A stretch of DNA of 64,000 nt from Promethearchaeota archaeon Loki_b32 (GCA_005223125.1 NJBH01000002.1:160001-224000), one strand, 5' to 3'. Shown: positions 30,087-41,101, numbered from the stretch's first letter. Numbers and translations are program-made. The notes: a model not told the origin generated them from the letters alone.

Positions 30087-32549
30087 TTAAACTTGTTTCT
30101 CCTCGAATGTTTTTCTCCATTTTTCTAACTGTTTTAATAACTTTGGAGTATCTGGAACTTGAATAAGTTGTTTTGTATATATTGGATAATATTTGTATAG
30201 ATTATTTAGCAGATCTAGCCAAAATTTTTGACTTTCTGTTTGATCTGGTATTTCTTTTTTTAATTGGAGAATTATCTTTTTCTCTTTTTTAGCTTTGAGA
30301 GATTTCAAGAAGTTTTTCATGACCAGTACTCTAAATTCTGAGTATTCTTCTGGTCTAAAATTAGCTAATGAGTAGCACATATTATCATCAGGAAATGGTA
30401 AGAATTTTATTAACTTATCTTCTGGTACTTTAGGATTATCAAGCAACGTAAGTTCTATATCAGTTTTGCTGATATTTTCTAAAATGGGATATAATTCTCC
30501 AGGAGATATTTTTGTTTTTCGCTCTATTTGGTAGGCAATTTCAGAAATTGGAATATATAGTACAGGAAATTTCTCTTGATTCTCTATTCGAAAATAATAA
30601 TCCTTTGTTATGATTTGCATAATTAATTCATTTATTTCTTCAGAAAGATCATCGGCAGTAAAAGATATTTGGGTCTCCTTCAATTTCTCTTCAAAAATTA
30701 CTTTATCTTTCTGTTTTTTACCATAACCTACAGAAAGAGATGAAATAAAACTATTTGCTGCTTCACCTTCTTCTTCTCCTTTGACTAATCGGCTAGTTTT
30801 ACTTTCACCTTCCAATGCTCTTTCAAATATTCTTTCACTAAGATATTTTCTAGCTTTTTGTGCTGCAACTCCTTTTTTCTCAAATTGCTCGGTGACTGAA
30901 ACAAAATCAATCATCTTTACTAGTTTTCCTAATTCCTTTTTTTCTTCTGTTATTAATATATCCATATCCTTTTTCGCTAACTGTTCAAGGAGATCATAAA
31001 CATTTCCTTTAGATAACTGAGTTGCTTTAATTAGTTCTCGCTCAATTATTTCAATAGGATAAGCCTCACCTCTTCTGATATATTCACTCCTTATAATTTT
31101 ATAGACTTTATCTAGGCTTCTCTCTTCTTTACTAACAGTTTCTTTTTGCAATCGCATAAACATTGAAGTCTCATGCGGTTTTATATAATAAATTAATAAA
31201 GTTGTACCTAAGAAAAATATCATAAGCACTGAAATAATATATTTATCCCACATTAATACCATACCCACGTCAGTTACTATTTGATTTGGAATTTTACTTG
31301 CAAGAGAGAAACGTGTCAATGTTTGAGCAAATACACAAGCTAAAAATAATAATATCAAACCGTCTTTTTTGAAGATCAATATGCGCCATCCAAGTGTTTT
31401 ACCCAGTTTCTTTACTATGCGATATAAAAAGTACATTGAAATAATAAATTCAAATACAAAAATAAATGAAACAACAGAACCTGTTGCTCCGATAGTTGCT
31501 TGGAAAGCGCTAATAGTCTCATCTTGAAGTAACATGTAAATACTAATTTGTAGAATCTGAAAGAAAAAAATGAAGAACACTATCAATGAGAAAGTAAAAT
31601 TATCAAAAGTACCAGCTCTTTTAGTTTCAGCTCGTCGTCTAGTTGATACATATTCAAAAATGATGAAAACCAGAGTCATTACTAAACTAAAGTAAATTAA
31701 GGGCATTATCTTGGTCATTTCTAGATTATAAACTGCGACCGCACCGCTTGGATCTTTAGGTCCGAAAAAATCTAAAGATAAAAATACTAAGAAACTTCTA
31801 TAAAATAATGAAATTACAATAAGTACGCCTAAAATAAAAAATGGGATAATTACTGCAAAAAAATATCTTGATACTGAATATTTTTTAATGAATCTCGCTT
31901 CGATTTTTGTTGAAAATTTTCTTGAATAAATATAAAAACGACTACTTAATAAGACTAGCCAAATCATCGCTAGCGTTAATAAATACGTCATAAAGTTAAT
32001 ACCTGTTCCAATGTATAAAAACAGGATGTATAATAATAAAATTAGACCACAATACAATATTAATTGTTTAATAGCACTATTATTTTCAAAAATAAAGATT
32101 CTAAATTTATCTATACTTAGTAAAATGGATAAAACTAGAAAAAAAGCAACAATAGTAATTGAGAAGGCAAATGGATTTCCAAATGTTAATATATTAATCC
32201 AAGATCCAGGAAGATTAATTGCTGTAATCAAAACTAGCGAATAAAAAATAAATATAGCATATAATCCAAAAAATTTCTTTTCGAAAGAATATGATTTTGG
32301 TACTTTTCCATCAACATAAACCTCTTGATGAACAATCTTATCATAAAAACTGGTCTTAACCTTGGATTTTAAAGAACTTACTTTCCTTCTTTGTCTTGAA
32401 GAAAAGGCTTTAACCCCATTCTTAACCCCTATTTTCCCCAGTTTTAAGGTTTTTGGTAATTTTAATACCTTAAGTTTCTCTTGTTTTTTCTTGGTTTCTG
32501 CTTCAGAACCATTTGATTTTTTTGAAGAATTAGATTGCTTATCAGACAT
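30087..32549 (-). CDS. multi-pass membrane protein with a cytoplasmic C-terminal region containing two winged-helix-like repeats
   Basis: About 10-11 hydrophobic segments followed by two similar helical units (PIEIIERELIKATQLSKGNVYDLLEQL / PISEIAYQIERKTKISPGELYPILENI). Confidence 0.75.
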   Translation of the reverse strand: MSDKQSNSSKKSNGSEAETKKKQEKLKVLKLPKTLKLGKIGVKNGVKAFSSRQRRKVSSLKSKVKTSFYDKIVHQEVYVDGKVPKSYSFEKKFFGLYAIFIFYSLVLITAINLPGSWINILTFGNPFAFSITIVAFFLVLSILLSIDKFRIFIFENNSAIKQLILYCGLILLLYILFLYIGTGINFMTYLLTLAMIWLVLLSSRFYIYSRKFSTKIEARFIKKYSVSRYFFAVIIPFFILGVLIVISLFYRSFLVFLSLDFFGPKDPSGAVAVYNLEMTKIMPLIYFSLVMTLVFIIFEYVSTRRRAETKRAGTFDNFTFSLIVFFIFFFQILQISIYMLLQDETISAFQATIGATGSVVSFIFVFEFIISMYFLYRIVKKLGKTLGWRILIFKKDGLILLFLACVFAQTLTRFSLASKIPNQIVTDVGMVLMWDKYIISVLMIFFLGTTLLIYYIKPHETSMFMRLQKETVSKEERSLDKVYKIIRSEYIRRGEAYPIEIIERELIKATQLSKGNVYDLLEQLAKKDMDILITEEKKELGKLVKMIDFVSVTEQFEKKGVAAQKARKYLSERIFERALEGESKTSRLVKGEEEGEAANSFISSLSVGYGKKQKDKVIFEEKLKETQISFTADDLSEEINELIMQIITKDYYFRIENQEKFPVLYIPISEIAYQIERKTKISPGELYPILENISKTDIELTLLDNPKVPEDKLIKFLPFPDDNMCYSLANFRPEEYSEFRVLVMKNFLKSLKAKKEKKIILQLKKEIPDQTESQKFWLDLLNNLYKYYPIYTKQLIQVPDTPKLLKQLEKWRKTFEEKQV

Positions 32550-32659
32550 TGTATTAATGCTATTCTTCTATTCTTAAAATAAAAATATTATATATATATT
32601 TTATCTATAAGAATTTTTAAAATTTGATAAGTTCTCAATAAAAAAGAACTATATTCAGA

Positions 32660-33136
32660 TTATAGCTGACTAGATAACCATTTCTCAAAAGTTTTATCAT
32701 CTTCTTTTTTCTTCCTAATTGCGTCTTGGAGATGCTGTTTCTGAGCATCTGTTTTATAATAAAAATTATAACAATTAATACAAATCCATTCCTTAAGAAG
32801 TGGATTCCATACCATATCCTCACCTAAGGTTGCAATATCATGAGATAACTTACTCATCTCGATTGACTTACATGTAATTCCTCCATGACATTTTAAAGTA
32901 GAACATGATAACGCCTGAAGAAGTTCATTAGTTTCTTTAATAAGACTATCTTCCCTTTTTGCTTGTGAGGGAATATTTGTACCATTTAACTGTTTCTTTC
33001 TATAGAGATCTCTTAAATGGTTTAAATCCTTAAGTTCTTCATGAACTGCCTTCCTGAGGACCAACTTTAAGCTAGTCCTAACCCGTCGTAGTTTAGACGT
33101 CTTTAAGACTAATACCTTCCATTTTTCTGATCTCAT
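32660..33136 (-). CDS. hypothetical protein with putative Zn site
   Basis: CHGGITC and WICINC. Confidence 0.65.
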   Translation of the reverse strand: MRSEKWKVLVLKTSKLRRVRTSLKLVLRKAVHEELKDLNHLRDLYRKKQLNGTNIPSQAKREDSLIKETNELLQALSCSTLKCHGGITCKSIEMSKLSHDIATLGEDMVWNPLLKEWICINCYNFYYKTDAQKQHLQDAIRKKKEDDKTFEKWLSSQL

Positions 33137-33273
33137 TATAATTAAATAAAAAATATTTATGTTTTAAGTTCACTCTAAGTTCGTTAAACAAATCTATTTA
33201 TACAATAATTTCTAAAATATAAAAAAAGAAGTAATTTAACATATTAAATTATTTATAAAGAACGTTTTAGAGA

Positions 33274-33657
33274 ATGAAAATGAATGGTAATAATAAATAT
33301 TCGATTGATTTAGATTTAGAAATAAAATATCAACCATTGGAAATTATTGATATTCCCCAATTAATAGAAGAATGTACTAGTAAATGGCAGAATTTATCCC
33401 TTTGTAATGTTAATGATTCTGTTATCAGATTGGCAGTTCTCGAAGGAGTTTTTCATTGGCATAGGCATGAAAAAGAAGATGAATTCTTTTTCGTTATTGA
33501 AGGCATACTTTTAATTGATTTGGGAGATAAGGTCTTTGAATTAAAATCAAATCAAGGTTTTACTGTACCTAGAGGTGTAATGCATCGAACAAGAGCCCCT
33601 TCTCGTACTTCAATATTAATGATAGAACAAAGTACTACAAAACCAACAGGAGATTGA
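33274..33657 (+). CDS. cupin-domain protein
   Basis: 'FHWHRHEKEDEFFFVIEG' and 'VPRGVMHRTRA'. Confidence 0.9.
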   Translation: MKMNGNNKYSIDLDLEIKYQPLEIIDIPQLIEECTSKWQNLSLCNVNDSVIRLAVLEGVFHWHRHEKEDEFFFVIEGILLIDLGDKVFELKSNQGFTVPRGVMHRTRAPSRTSILMIEQSTTKPTGD

Positions 33658-33725
33658 AGGTAATTCAAAACAAATGTGGATTTGCAATATTAAGATATTT
33701 TTCAATAATATCAAAAATCTCTTCC

Positions 33726-34040
33726 TTAGTACCAATATAACCAAAAAGTTTGCCATTCGCTTATTGTCTTTGGAGATGTTCCGTTAATATTTGCCGAAAG
33801 CTCTTCTGGATCTGCTGCTAATAAATCAGAAATTGTGCTTATACCATTAGCATTTAGATTCTCAACAGTCCTTTTTCCGATCCCCTTCACTTGAATCAAA
33901 GATACTTTCTCGCCATTACCTTTACTTCTTTCTGGACTTACTGAATTATCTTCATCTTCATATAAAGTCTCAATCTTAAAATCTAAACCGGGAGAATCAG
34001 GAAGATCTACTTTATCGGTGTCTGCAACTCCTGCACCCAT
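33726..34040 (-). CDS. helix-hairpin-helix domain protein, possibly truncated
   Basis: 'LIQVKGIGKRTVENLNANGISTISDLLAADPEEL'; atypical ending 'WQTFWLYWY'. Confidence 0.55.
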   Translation of the reverse strand: MGAGVADTDKVDLPDSPGLDFKIETLYEDEDNSVSPERSKGNGEKVSLIQVKGIGKRTVENLNANGISTISDLLAADPEELSANINGTSPKTISEWQTFWLYWY

Positions 34041-34288
34041 AATTATTCTTAAAACTAAATGTTCAGAAATTTTTTTCTTTATATATTTTTACAATTAAAT
34101 TTAGTAATATGATGCGTTTAGAAGAAAATTCAATTGTAAATGACATTGGATTAGAACTACTATTTTGAGAGAATAAATATAAAAACGAAAAACAATGAAA
34201 GTATATTCTGTCAAATTTGATTTCTAAATGTAAATTTTAAATATACTTAAAGTATTTTATTTAATTATAGTTAAAGCATTTTGTTATC

Positions 34289-34573
34289 TTGAAAATGTAT
34301 AGAGATCAAATCGAAAGTAGAGAAAGCCTGATTAAGTTAGTTAAAAAAGCAATTGAATTACTCGCCGAAAAAAATATATCTCGAACAGTGATTTTATCCT
34401 CCTATAAGATTAATTCGGTTTTGAAAGAAAGCTATGGAGTGAATATCAAAGTTGATAAAATCGGCAGAGTTCTAAGTAAAATAGCTAAGTTAAATGAATT
34501 AAAGAGGCTTAATACTAATATACCTAAATACAAATTACAGATATCCAAAGTTTCGAGTTTAAAATTTTTTTGA
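34289..34573 (+). CDS. small basic winged-helix-like protein
   Basis: 'SSYKINSVL...YG..IKVDKIGRVLSKIAK...PKYKL'. Confidence 0.55.
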   Translation: MKMYRDQIESRESLIKLVKKAIELLAEKNISRTVILSSYKINSVLKESYGVNIKVDKIGRVLSKIAKLNELKRLNTNIPKYKLQISKVSSLKFF

Positions 34574-34581
34574 GTTAAACT

Positions 34582-35949
34582 TTAGCTTAAATTTCGAAAA
34601 CCAGTTATTATTTTTTGAAGTTTTTCAAACAATATCTTTATTTCTGAGTTATGATCTTTAAAATGTTGTAATTCAGTGCTCAATTTTACAATTTTTTCGT
34701 CAATATTGTTCTGTAATGGAGTTAATGAAGTTTCAATCTTTTTTTCGATATCTTCGGCTAAGGAATTCACCTGATCATTTGTTGTTGTTATATTTGTTTT
34801 ATAATTATTTACTAATTCTTCGATATGTAAGATCATTTGAGTACTTTCCTGTATTTTTTCAGACATTGAAATTCCTAAGGTCTCCAGCTCATTATTTATA
34901 TCTCCAAAATTATTATCTATGATTGTTTTTATCTCTTCAATTAATTTATCTTTTGAACTCGATATATGTTCTTTAAGATCCCTATTAACCTCAACTCGAC
35001 TATCCACATATTTAGAAATACTCTTTTTAAATTCATTTACAGTTTCGTTCAATGTTTTCTTAAACCAATTATCCACCTTAATAAGCCCCGAAGATATTGC
35101 TTCTTTCATTTTACTCAGCGCTTTACTTATATATTCAGTTCCTCTAGATGTTCCTTGATTCATTTCATTAATCCATTCTCCTATTTGAGTCTTAATCATA
35201 TCCGTGACTTCTTTAGAGAAATTTTCAGTTCCTTGTTGAAACCCCGAAATAATCGGATCCATATGCTGATAATCTTTGATTTCATCATCACTTTCTATTG
35301 TTTCTTCAGATGTAGGGATTTCTTGTAATTCTCCGGGAGGTGGTTCAACAAATTCATTTAGTTCCTTAATAAGAATAGGATCTTTTTTATGAAAATCCTC
35401 TGAGAATTTTTGAACCCATTTAAAATACTCTAATGAAGCTGGTAGTTCGATTTCAAAGGGAATAGTATGGTATTTTTCAGCTTTAGAATAATCATCTAAT
35501 CTATAGATTTCAAATCCAAGATTTCCATTTTTGCCCATAAGTGTATGATCGAATACAATACCAAAACCATAGGGAAATGTCTCTCCTTGGAAATACTGCA
35601 AATTATTTATATCACTTTCTGATAAATATAATCCCCATGAAGGATGAGAATGATAATAACCAATTAAATCAGAGGAATACTTTTTCCCAATCTCCTTGAA
35701 TAAAGAATAAGTATCTTTGTCAAAGCCAATTTCAGCTTTATCTCCATGAATTAATGGAACAGCATTTTCTACAATGACCTTATCTTCGACATTATCATAT
35801 TTTCCTACACAGATCCCCATTACTTCAATATTTTGCTCAAGAGCATCACTACCAAAACGTAGTACATGAGTAAGCATATTTCTAAAAGCTTCCTTTTTAA
35901 TGAAGATATTTCCCTTTTGGATCTTTTCATTAGATTCCTTTTCAGCCAT
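34582..35949 (-). CDS. JAMM/MPN+ metalloprotease fused to a long amphipathic helical/coiled-coil region
   Basis: 'EVMGICVG', 'GYYHSHPSWGLYLSESDI'; helical, heptad-rich C-terminal half. Confidence 0.88.
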   Translation of the reverse strand: MAEKESNEKIQKGNIFIKKEAFRNMLTHVLRFGSDALEQNIEVMGICVGKYDNVEDKVIVENAVPLIHGDKAEIGFDKDTYSLFKEIGKKYSSDLIGYYHSHPSWGLYLSESDINNLQYFQGETFPYGFGIVFDHTLMGKNGNLGFEIYRLDDYSKAEKYHTIPFEIELPASLEYFKWVQKFSEDFHKKDPILIKELNEFVEPPPGELQEIPTSEETIESDDEIKDYQHMDPIISGFQQGTENFSKEVTDMIKTQIGEWINEMNQGTSRGTEYISKALSKMKEAISSGLIKVDNWFKKTLNETVNEFKKSISKYVDSRVEVNRDLKEHISSSKDKLIEEIKTIIDNNFGDINNELETLGISMSEKIQESTQMILHIEELVNNYKTNITTTNDQVNSLAEDIEKKIETSLTPLQNNIDEKIVKLSTELQHFKDHNSEIKILFEKLQKIITGFRNLS

Positions 35950-35955
35950 TTTTAC

Positions 35956-37422
35956 TTATTCCTCTCTTTTCTCTAATTTTTCTATCTTGTTCAATAGATC
36001 TTGATTTTCTTTTTTTAATTCTGTTATATTTTTTTGTAGAGTTTTGATTTCAATATCTTGTGTGGCTAATTTGTTTCGGAGGGGTGTCTTTGAGCTCTCT
36101 AATAATATTATTGCTGCTTTCAAATCAGAAAGAAAATTTTTAGTTTCTTTATTCAAATTGATAAAATTTCCGATAACTTTATTTGTATTTTTTGTGAATT
36201 TTTCAGAGGAATCTTCAATACTTTTGTTTAGGATTTCTGGTGTTAAATTTTTTATTGAACCTAATTTATCCGATAGACTTTCTAATACAGATTTTTGTTG
36301 CTTCAAAATATCAGAAGATTCTAAACCTTTCACATTATTCTTAGTTAGGACTTCTGTCTGTTCATAAAATTTGGTAAATTTAGAATTAAGATTGTCATTT
36401 ATTTTTTGTTCAAACAAAACATTAAATTGTTCCTCAAGGTCAGTTTTAATAGTATTAAATATATCCCTGAAATATTCCTGATCTGAGTCAAATTCTTCGA
36501 ATTTATCGTCAATATACATATCTAATTCATTTAATTTTTCCTTTATTGAAAATTTAAAATCCTTTTGTAAATTAGAAATTCCTTCACTAAGGCTGTTTTT
36601 TATTGTAATAACATCTTTTCTCATTTGTAAATTATTTTCAACAGTATTCCTTATAATACCGTCGCTCCAAGAATTGATAATCTCTATTAATGGTAAAATT
36701 GATAAATCTAGGAATTTTGTCAAACCTGATTTGAGAGAAGATAAAATCATTACCGAATTTAATTCTGGTTTCTTTGCTAGAATTTGACTTTCACTTGGAA
36801 AAGCAATGTCTCCAAAAAAATCAGGCATTTCATTAATTTCTAATATTGGGGGCTCTTTTGAATGAACAAAATTAATTAATTCTATTAATTTTATATAATA
36901 TTCGAGACTATCTGGAGGTTCCAGTGTTGTTTTTACTTCGTGATAACCAGACATTTGACCTTTTGCAGGATTATCTAATCTAAATGTACGAAATCCTAAA
37001 TCTCCTGGAGATTCCAAATGTGTGTGATCAAAAACAATACCTATAGCACTTGGATTTGGGGTCTGCCATCCTAATTGGTTTCTTATATCTGTAGAAGAAA
37101 AGAATATATTTAGTCCAGGATGAGAGTGGTACCACCCACAACTAAACCAATTTTTTTCAGCATATGCTGCATCAACCATAGAAAATGTCACATAATCCTC
37201 AGGGGCAAATGCTACTTCAATTGCACCACCATGTGAAATGGGGATAGCATCTTCTATGATTACATCATATATTCCTTTTTTATCAGGTTCTCCTTCTATC
37301 CTGCCAATTAAAATCCCCATGACTTCTTTAAACTGCCTGCGATCCCTAGCTTTATTTCCAAACCGTAGGACATGTACGAGCATTTTATAATAGGCATCAG
37401 GTTTAATAATAACAGATGTCAA
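35956..37422 (-). CDS. JAMM/MPN+ metalloprotease (Rpn11/CSN5-like) fused to a long coiled-coil region (TTG start)
   Basis: 'EVMGILIG', 'GWYHSHPGLNIFFSSTDI'; terminal coiled coil; ends 6 bp before its paralog starts. Confidence 0.9.
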   Translation of the reverse strand: MTSVIIKPDAYYKMLVHVLRFGNKARDRRQFKEVMGILIGRIEGEPDKKGIYDVIIEDAIPISHGGAIEVAFAPEDYVTFSMVDAAYAEKNWFSCGWYHSHPGLNIFFSSTDIRNQLGWQTPNPSAIGIVFDHTHLESPGDLGFRTFRLDNPAKGQMSGYHEVKTTLEPPDSLEYYIKLIELINFVHSKEPPILEINEMPDFFGDIAFPSESQILAKKPELNSVMILSSLKSGLTKFLDLSILPLIEIINSWSDGIIRNTVENNLQMRKDVITIKNSLSEGISNLQKDFKFSIKEKLNELDMYIDDKFEEFDSDQEYFRDIFNTIKTDLEEQFNVLFEQKINDNLNSKFTKFYEQTEVLTKNNVKGLESSDILKQQKSVLESLSDKLGSIKNLTPEILNKSIEDSSEKFTKNTNKVIGNFINLNKETKNFLSDLKAAIILLESSKTPLRNKLATQDIEIKTLQKNITELKKENQDLLNKIEKLEKREE

Positions 37423-37840
37423 TTGTAATCACGATTTATGTTTTAGATTTAGATTTAGTTTGTTAATGATATATATATAGTTTTTATTTGGTTTTAAATA
37501 TTTGAATAATTGAATGGAATTTAAATACTAAAATTTTCTAGTCTGATGGTTAATGGGAATTTTTGTATTATATTAAGGAAAACAGACATTAACACTGGTT
37601 AAATTTTTTTGAACTTGTATTATAAAATGCAGAGAGTTTATACTATACTAATGATAAGGCCACTAGAATCTAGTCCAATGTAAATAAGTTGAATATATAA
37701 AAGTACCATTTTTTTAGAAAAAAGGATAAAAGATCGTTTCTAACTAAAATCGCTAATATTTTAGAGAAACGCTATTTTTAAAGAAAGAAAAATATCGTTA
37801 ATTAAATTAATAATAATAATAAATTATTTGAGTGATATAT

Positions 37841-39031
37841 ATGAGCTTTAAAATAAAAAGTAATGTTTATTGGGTCGGTAAAGTAGATTGGGAACTCAGA
37901 AAATTCCATGGAAACGAATATTCCACGAATCGTGGTTCTACTTACAATTCCTACTTAATTAAGGAAGAAAAAATTGTACTAATTGATACTGTTTGGAAGC
38001 CCTTTTCGAAAGAATTTGTTGAGAATCTATCTAAAGAAATTGATTTAAGTAAAATTGATTATGTTATTACAAATCACGCAGAGAGTGATCATAGTGGAGC
38101 ACTTCCGGAACTCATGAAAAAGATACCAGAGACGCCAATATATTGTACTGCAAATGGCGTAAAGTCAATAAAGGGACATTATCATAAAGATTGGAATTTT
38201 CAAGTAGTAAAAACGGGGGATACGTTAGATCTAGGAAATGGTAAACAATTAATCTTTGTAGAAATGAGGATGCTTCATTGGCCTGATAGTATGGCATGTT
38301 ATTTGACCAAAGACAATATACTATTCAGCAATGATGCTTTCGGTCAACATTACGCTAATGAATTTATGTATAACGATCTTGTTGATCAAAATGAACTTTA
38401 TGCAGAGTGCATAAAATATTATGCTAATATTCTCACACCTTTCAGTGCGTTTGTTGATAAAAAAATAAAAGAGGTTTTAGATCTTAAAATCCCTATTGAT
38501 ATTATTGCAACAAGTCATGGAGTTATTTGGAGAGACAATCCAACTCAAATCGTAGAAAAATATTTAACTTGGGCTAACGATTACCAAGAAAACCAAATTA
38601 CAATATTATACGATACAATGTGGGATGGAACAAAAAGAATGGCCGAAGCAATTACAAAAGGAATTCGTGAAATTGATAAGAAAGTTAATGTTAAATTGTA
38701 TAACATAGCCAAAACCGATAAAAACGACTTAATTACAGAGATCTTTAAATCTAGGATAATTCTTGTAGGATCACCTACTATTGGTGGAGGAATTCTATCT
38801 AGTGTTGCCGAAATTTTGGAGATGATTAAAGGAATGCGTTTTAAAAACAAGAAAGCGGCGTCATTCGGCTGTTATGGATGGAGTGGAGAATCAATAAAGG
38901 TTATAAAGGAACATTTAGAAAAGAGCGGTTTTTCTGTAATTAACGACGGTATACGCGCTTTGTGGAACCCTGATGATGAAAGTTTGGAAAAATGCGTAGA
39001 ATTCGGCAGAGAAATAGCTAATACTAAATAA
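37841..39031 (+). CDS. fprA: flavodiiron protein (FprA/NorV type: MBL + flavodoxin domains)
   Basis: 'GSTYNSYL', 'NHAESDHSG', 'HWPDSM', 'DAFGQH', 'SHG', 'YDTMWDGT', 'FGCYGWSGE'. Confidence 0.95.
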   Translation: MSFKIKSNVYWVGKVDWELRKFHGNEYSTNRGSTYNSYLIKEEKIVLIDTVWKPFSKEFVENLSKEIDLSKIDYVITNHAESDHSGALPELMKKIPETPIYCTANGVKSIKGHYHKDWNFQVVKTGDTLDLGNGKQLIFVEMRMLHWPDSMACYLTKDNILFSNDAFGQHYANEFMYNDLVDQNELYAECIKYYANILTPFSAFVDKKIKEVLDLKIPIDIIATSHGVIWRDNPTQIVEKYLTWANDYQENQITILYDTMWDGTKRMAEAITKGIREIDKKVNVKLYNIAKTDKNDLITEIFKSRIILVGSPTIGGGILSSVAEILEMIKGMRFKNKKAASFGCYGWSGESIKVIKEHLEKSGFSVINDGIRALWNPDDESLEKCVEFGREIANTK

Positions 39032-39109
39032 TTAAATTTTTTTAATATATTTTTTATTTCAAAATGTTAATATCAATAAGTAAGTCATGAAAAAATAAAA
39101 CCAAAAATA
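38958..39109 (+). repeat. 152-bp direct repeat, left copy (fprA 3' end and downstream sequence)
   Basis: Matches 41102-41253 with one mismatch (gagaaatagct / gagatatagct). Confidence 0.95.
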
Positions 39110-39188
39110 AATACTTAATTCCGTTTTTTCATTTACTTTTTCACCTTTTATATGTAACATTTTTTTAATTTGGGCTAACTGGCAATTC

Positions 39189-39389
39189 TTACGAATCAAA
39201 CTTTCGGTACAATGAAAATATAATTCCATATGTCTTACGAGCATTCACTAACCCAAATTTAAGATGCTTGGATTTATCATCTTGCCATAACGCATAACAG
39301 CAATTTTCTTTCCCACTTTCTTCGATATATTGCCTTCTAAACGTAATAATCTCTCCATTAGGAGTAATTTCATAATTCTCTATTTCCAT
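39189..39389 (-). pseudogene. short or degraded hypothetical ORF
   Basis: 66 aa followed by several in-frame stops before the repeat junction. Confidence 0.35.
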
Positions 39390-39870
39390 ATTGTAAGCAA
39401 CCCTTTTTCTAATATTATAAATTTATTTTGAAAATATATTTTTTTCAATTCTTTTCGCTCTATGATACCATCTGATTCCCAATTCTGTGAGCAGGTAAAA
39501 CTTCTTTATGCGACCCTAATTTAATTACGCTTTTCCTTATCTTTAAGTATTTTTGATCAATAAAGGTCATAATTATGTTATGTCTCAAAAAAATACTTTC
39601 CTATTAAAAATTACATTTTAACGTTGATTAATTGGTCCAATAAAAAGGATTGTCGTAACTAGTTCATTATCATCTCTTTTATTAGAATTATTCACTGCTA
39701 TTAACCTTCGTTAGATTTTTCATAGGCTTTGTAGAAAAGCTCAAACATTTCCTCTTCGGTAATATTCCAATCTTTAAAAAACTATGAAGCAATTGATTTT
39801 TAAGTTTTTTTCTGTCTTTATTTATAGAAACAATAGAAAATTATTTAATTTTGAATGAATAACTAGATTA

Positions 39871-40869
39871 TTGCTCTTGCGAATATCTAAAATATTACAA
39901 AATCTAATAGTTATATCATTAGGAATTCTATTTACCATTAGTTTATTTTATTTGACTCTTGAGTTCGGTAATATATTACATCTATTATTAAAACCGTTAA
40001 CTCCAACACCTTATTATCTTACACTTCCTCCTAATATTCAAGAAATTGGTTTAATCTGTCTTTGTATTATTATAATAATTATAATATTAGGCTTTATAAT
40101 AAAAAATGTAACAATATCTTCTATTGGGTCTTTTATTTTATTTCTACCCACTTTTGCACATTTTCTTGGGGGAATGTTCTTGCTTGTAGGTATTCAAGTA
40201 TTACAAGTTATTCTATTTCCTTTGAATTCATCTGAATATGATCTATTATCTTTTGGATCTATTATTAAATTGCCTTATATTATCATTGAATATTTTTATA
40301 ATGATAATATAAAGTTAACATCGTTTTCAATGAATAAAGAGCTTTTTATAACATATTTTAGCTATGGCATTATTTTAATTGGACTTGTAATATTTTCCTA
40401 TGGAGTAATTGCATGGCTTCAAGGAGTTCTTAAAAAAAAAGATATTTTTGATTTTTCTATTTATAAATATTCACGCCATCCACAATATTTAGGATATCTT
40501 CTCTGGAGTTATGGTATATATCTCTTAACATTAATACCCAAAAGTTTACCTCGTGGTGGGATACTATTTGAATATACTTTTGTTTGGTATCTCTCAGCAC
40601 TGATAATTATTAGTGTTGCGTTATATGAGGAAGTCTTAATGAATGATAAATTTCCAGAAAAATATGCTGAGTATAGAAAAAAAGTATCGTTTTTAATTCC
40701 AATGCCTAAAATATTTAAATCTATATTTACTATGCCAATGAGGTTGGTATTTAAAAAAGATTTACCAGAGAACAGAAAAGAAATTCTTTTTCTATTAGTT
40801 TTCTATGGATTACTAATTATTTTTATTTCTTTTTTATTAAACCCTTTTCTAATTATTAATATAAATTGA
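39871..40869 (+). CDS. membrane protein of the ICMT/PEMT/DUF1295 methyltransferase-like family
   Basis: Multiple TM segments; 'IYKYSRHPQYLG' and 'EE..M..KF.EKY.EYRKKV.F.IP'. Confidence 0.82.
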   Translation: MLLRISKILQNLIVISLGILFTISLFYLTLEFGNILHLLLKPLTPTPYYLTLPPNIQEIGLICLCIIIIIIILGFIIKNVTISSIGSFILFLPTFAHFLGGMFLLVGIQVLQVILFPLNSSEYDLLSFGSIIKLPYIIIEYFYNDNIKLTSFSMNKELFITYFSYGIILIGLVIFSYGVIAWLQGVLKKKDIFDFSIYKYSRHPQYLGYLLWSYGIYLLTLIPKSLPRGGILFEYTFVWYLSALIIISVALYEEVLMNDKFPEKYAEYRKKVSFLIPMPKIFKSIFTMPMRLVFKKDLPENRKEILFLLVFYGLLIIFISFLLNPFLIININ

Positions 40870-40895
40870 TAAAGAATATTTTTGATTTGGTAACC

Positions 40896-41093
40896 TTACT
40901 TTTTATGATGTTTTTCTCTTCCTGACCATAATAAGCCGTATAAGCTCACAAACATGATGATCATAACGATTATTTGATATAGTTCACTAGATTCTTTTAA
41001 TATGAATAAAATAAAAGCCATAGTGATTACAGGAGTAGGGGTGGTAATCATGCTAGCCACAGCCACATCTACATGCTTCACAGCATAAAACCA
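40896..41093 (-). pseudogene. C-terminal fragment of an EamA/DMT transporter, truncated at the repeat junction
   Basis: In-frame WFYAVKHVDVAVASMITTPTPVITMAFILFILKE...QII..IIMF.SL.GL resembles the EamA C-terminal helices; the upstream part is replaced by the fprA repeat. Confidence 0.65.
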
Positions 41094-41101
41094 ATTAACG
41101 A

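Larger units (their letters stand above)
39110..41101. mobile_element. direct-repeat-flanked insert of about 2 kb with no recombinase gene
   Basis: Lies between the two 152-bp repeats; contains one intact membrane gene and several gene remnants. Confidence 0.6.
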
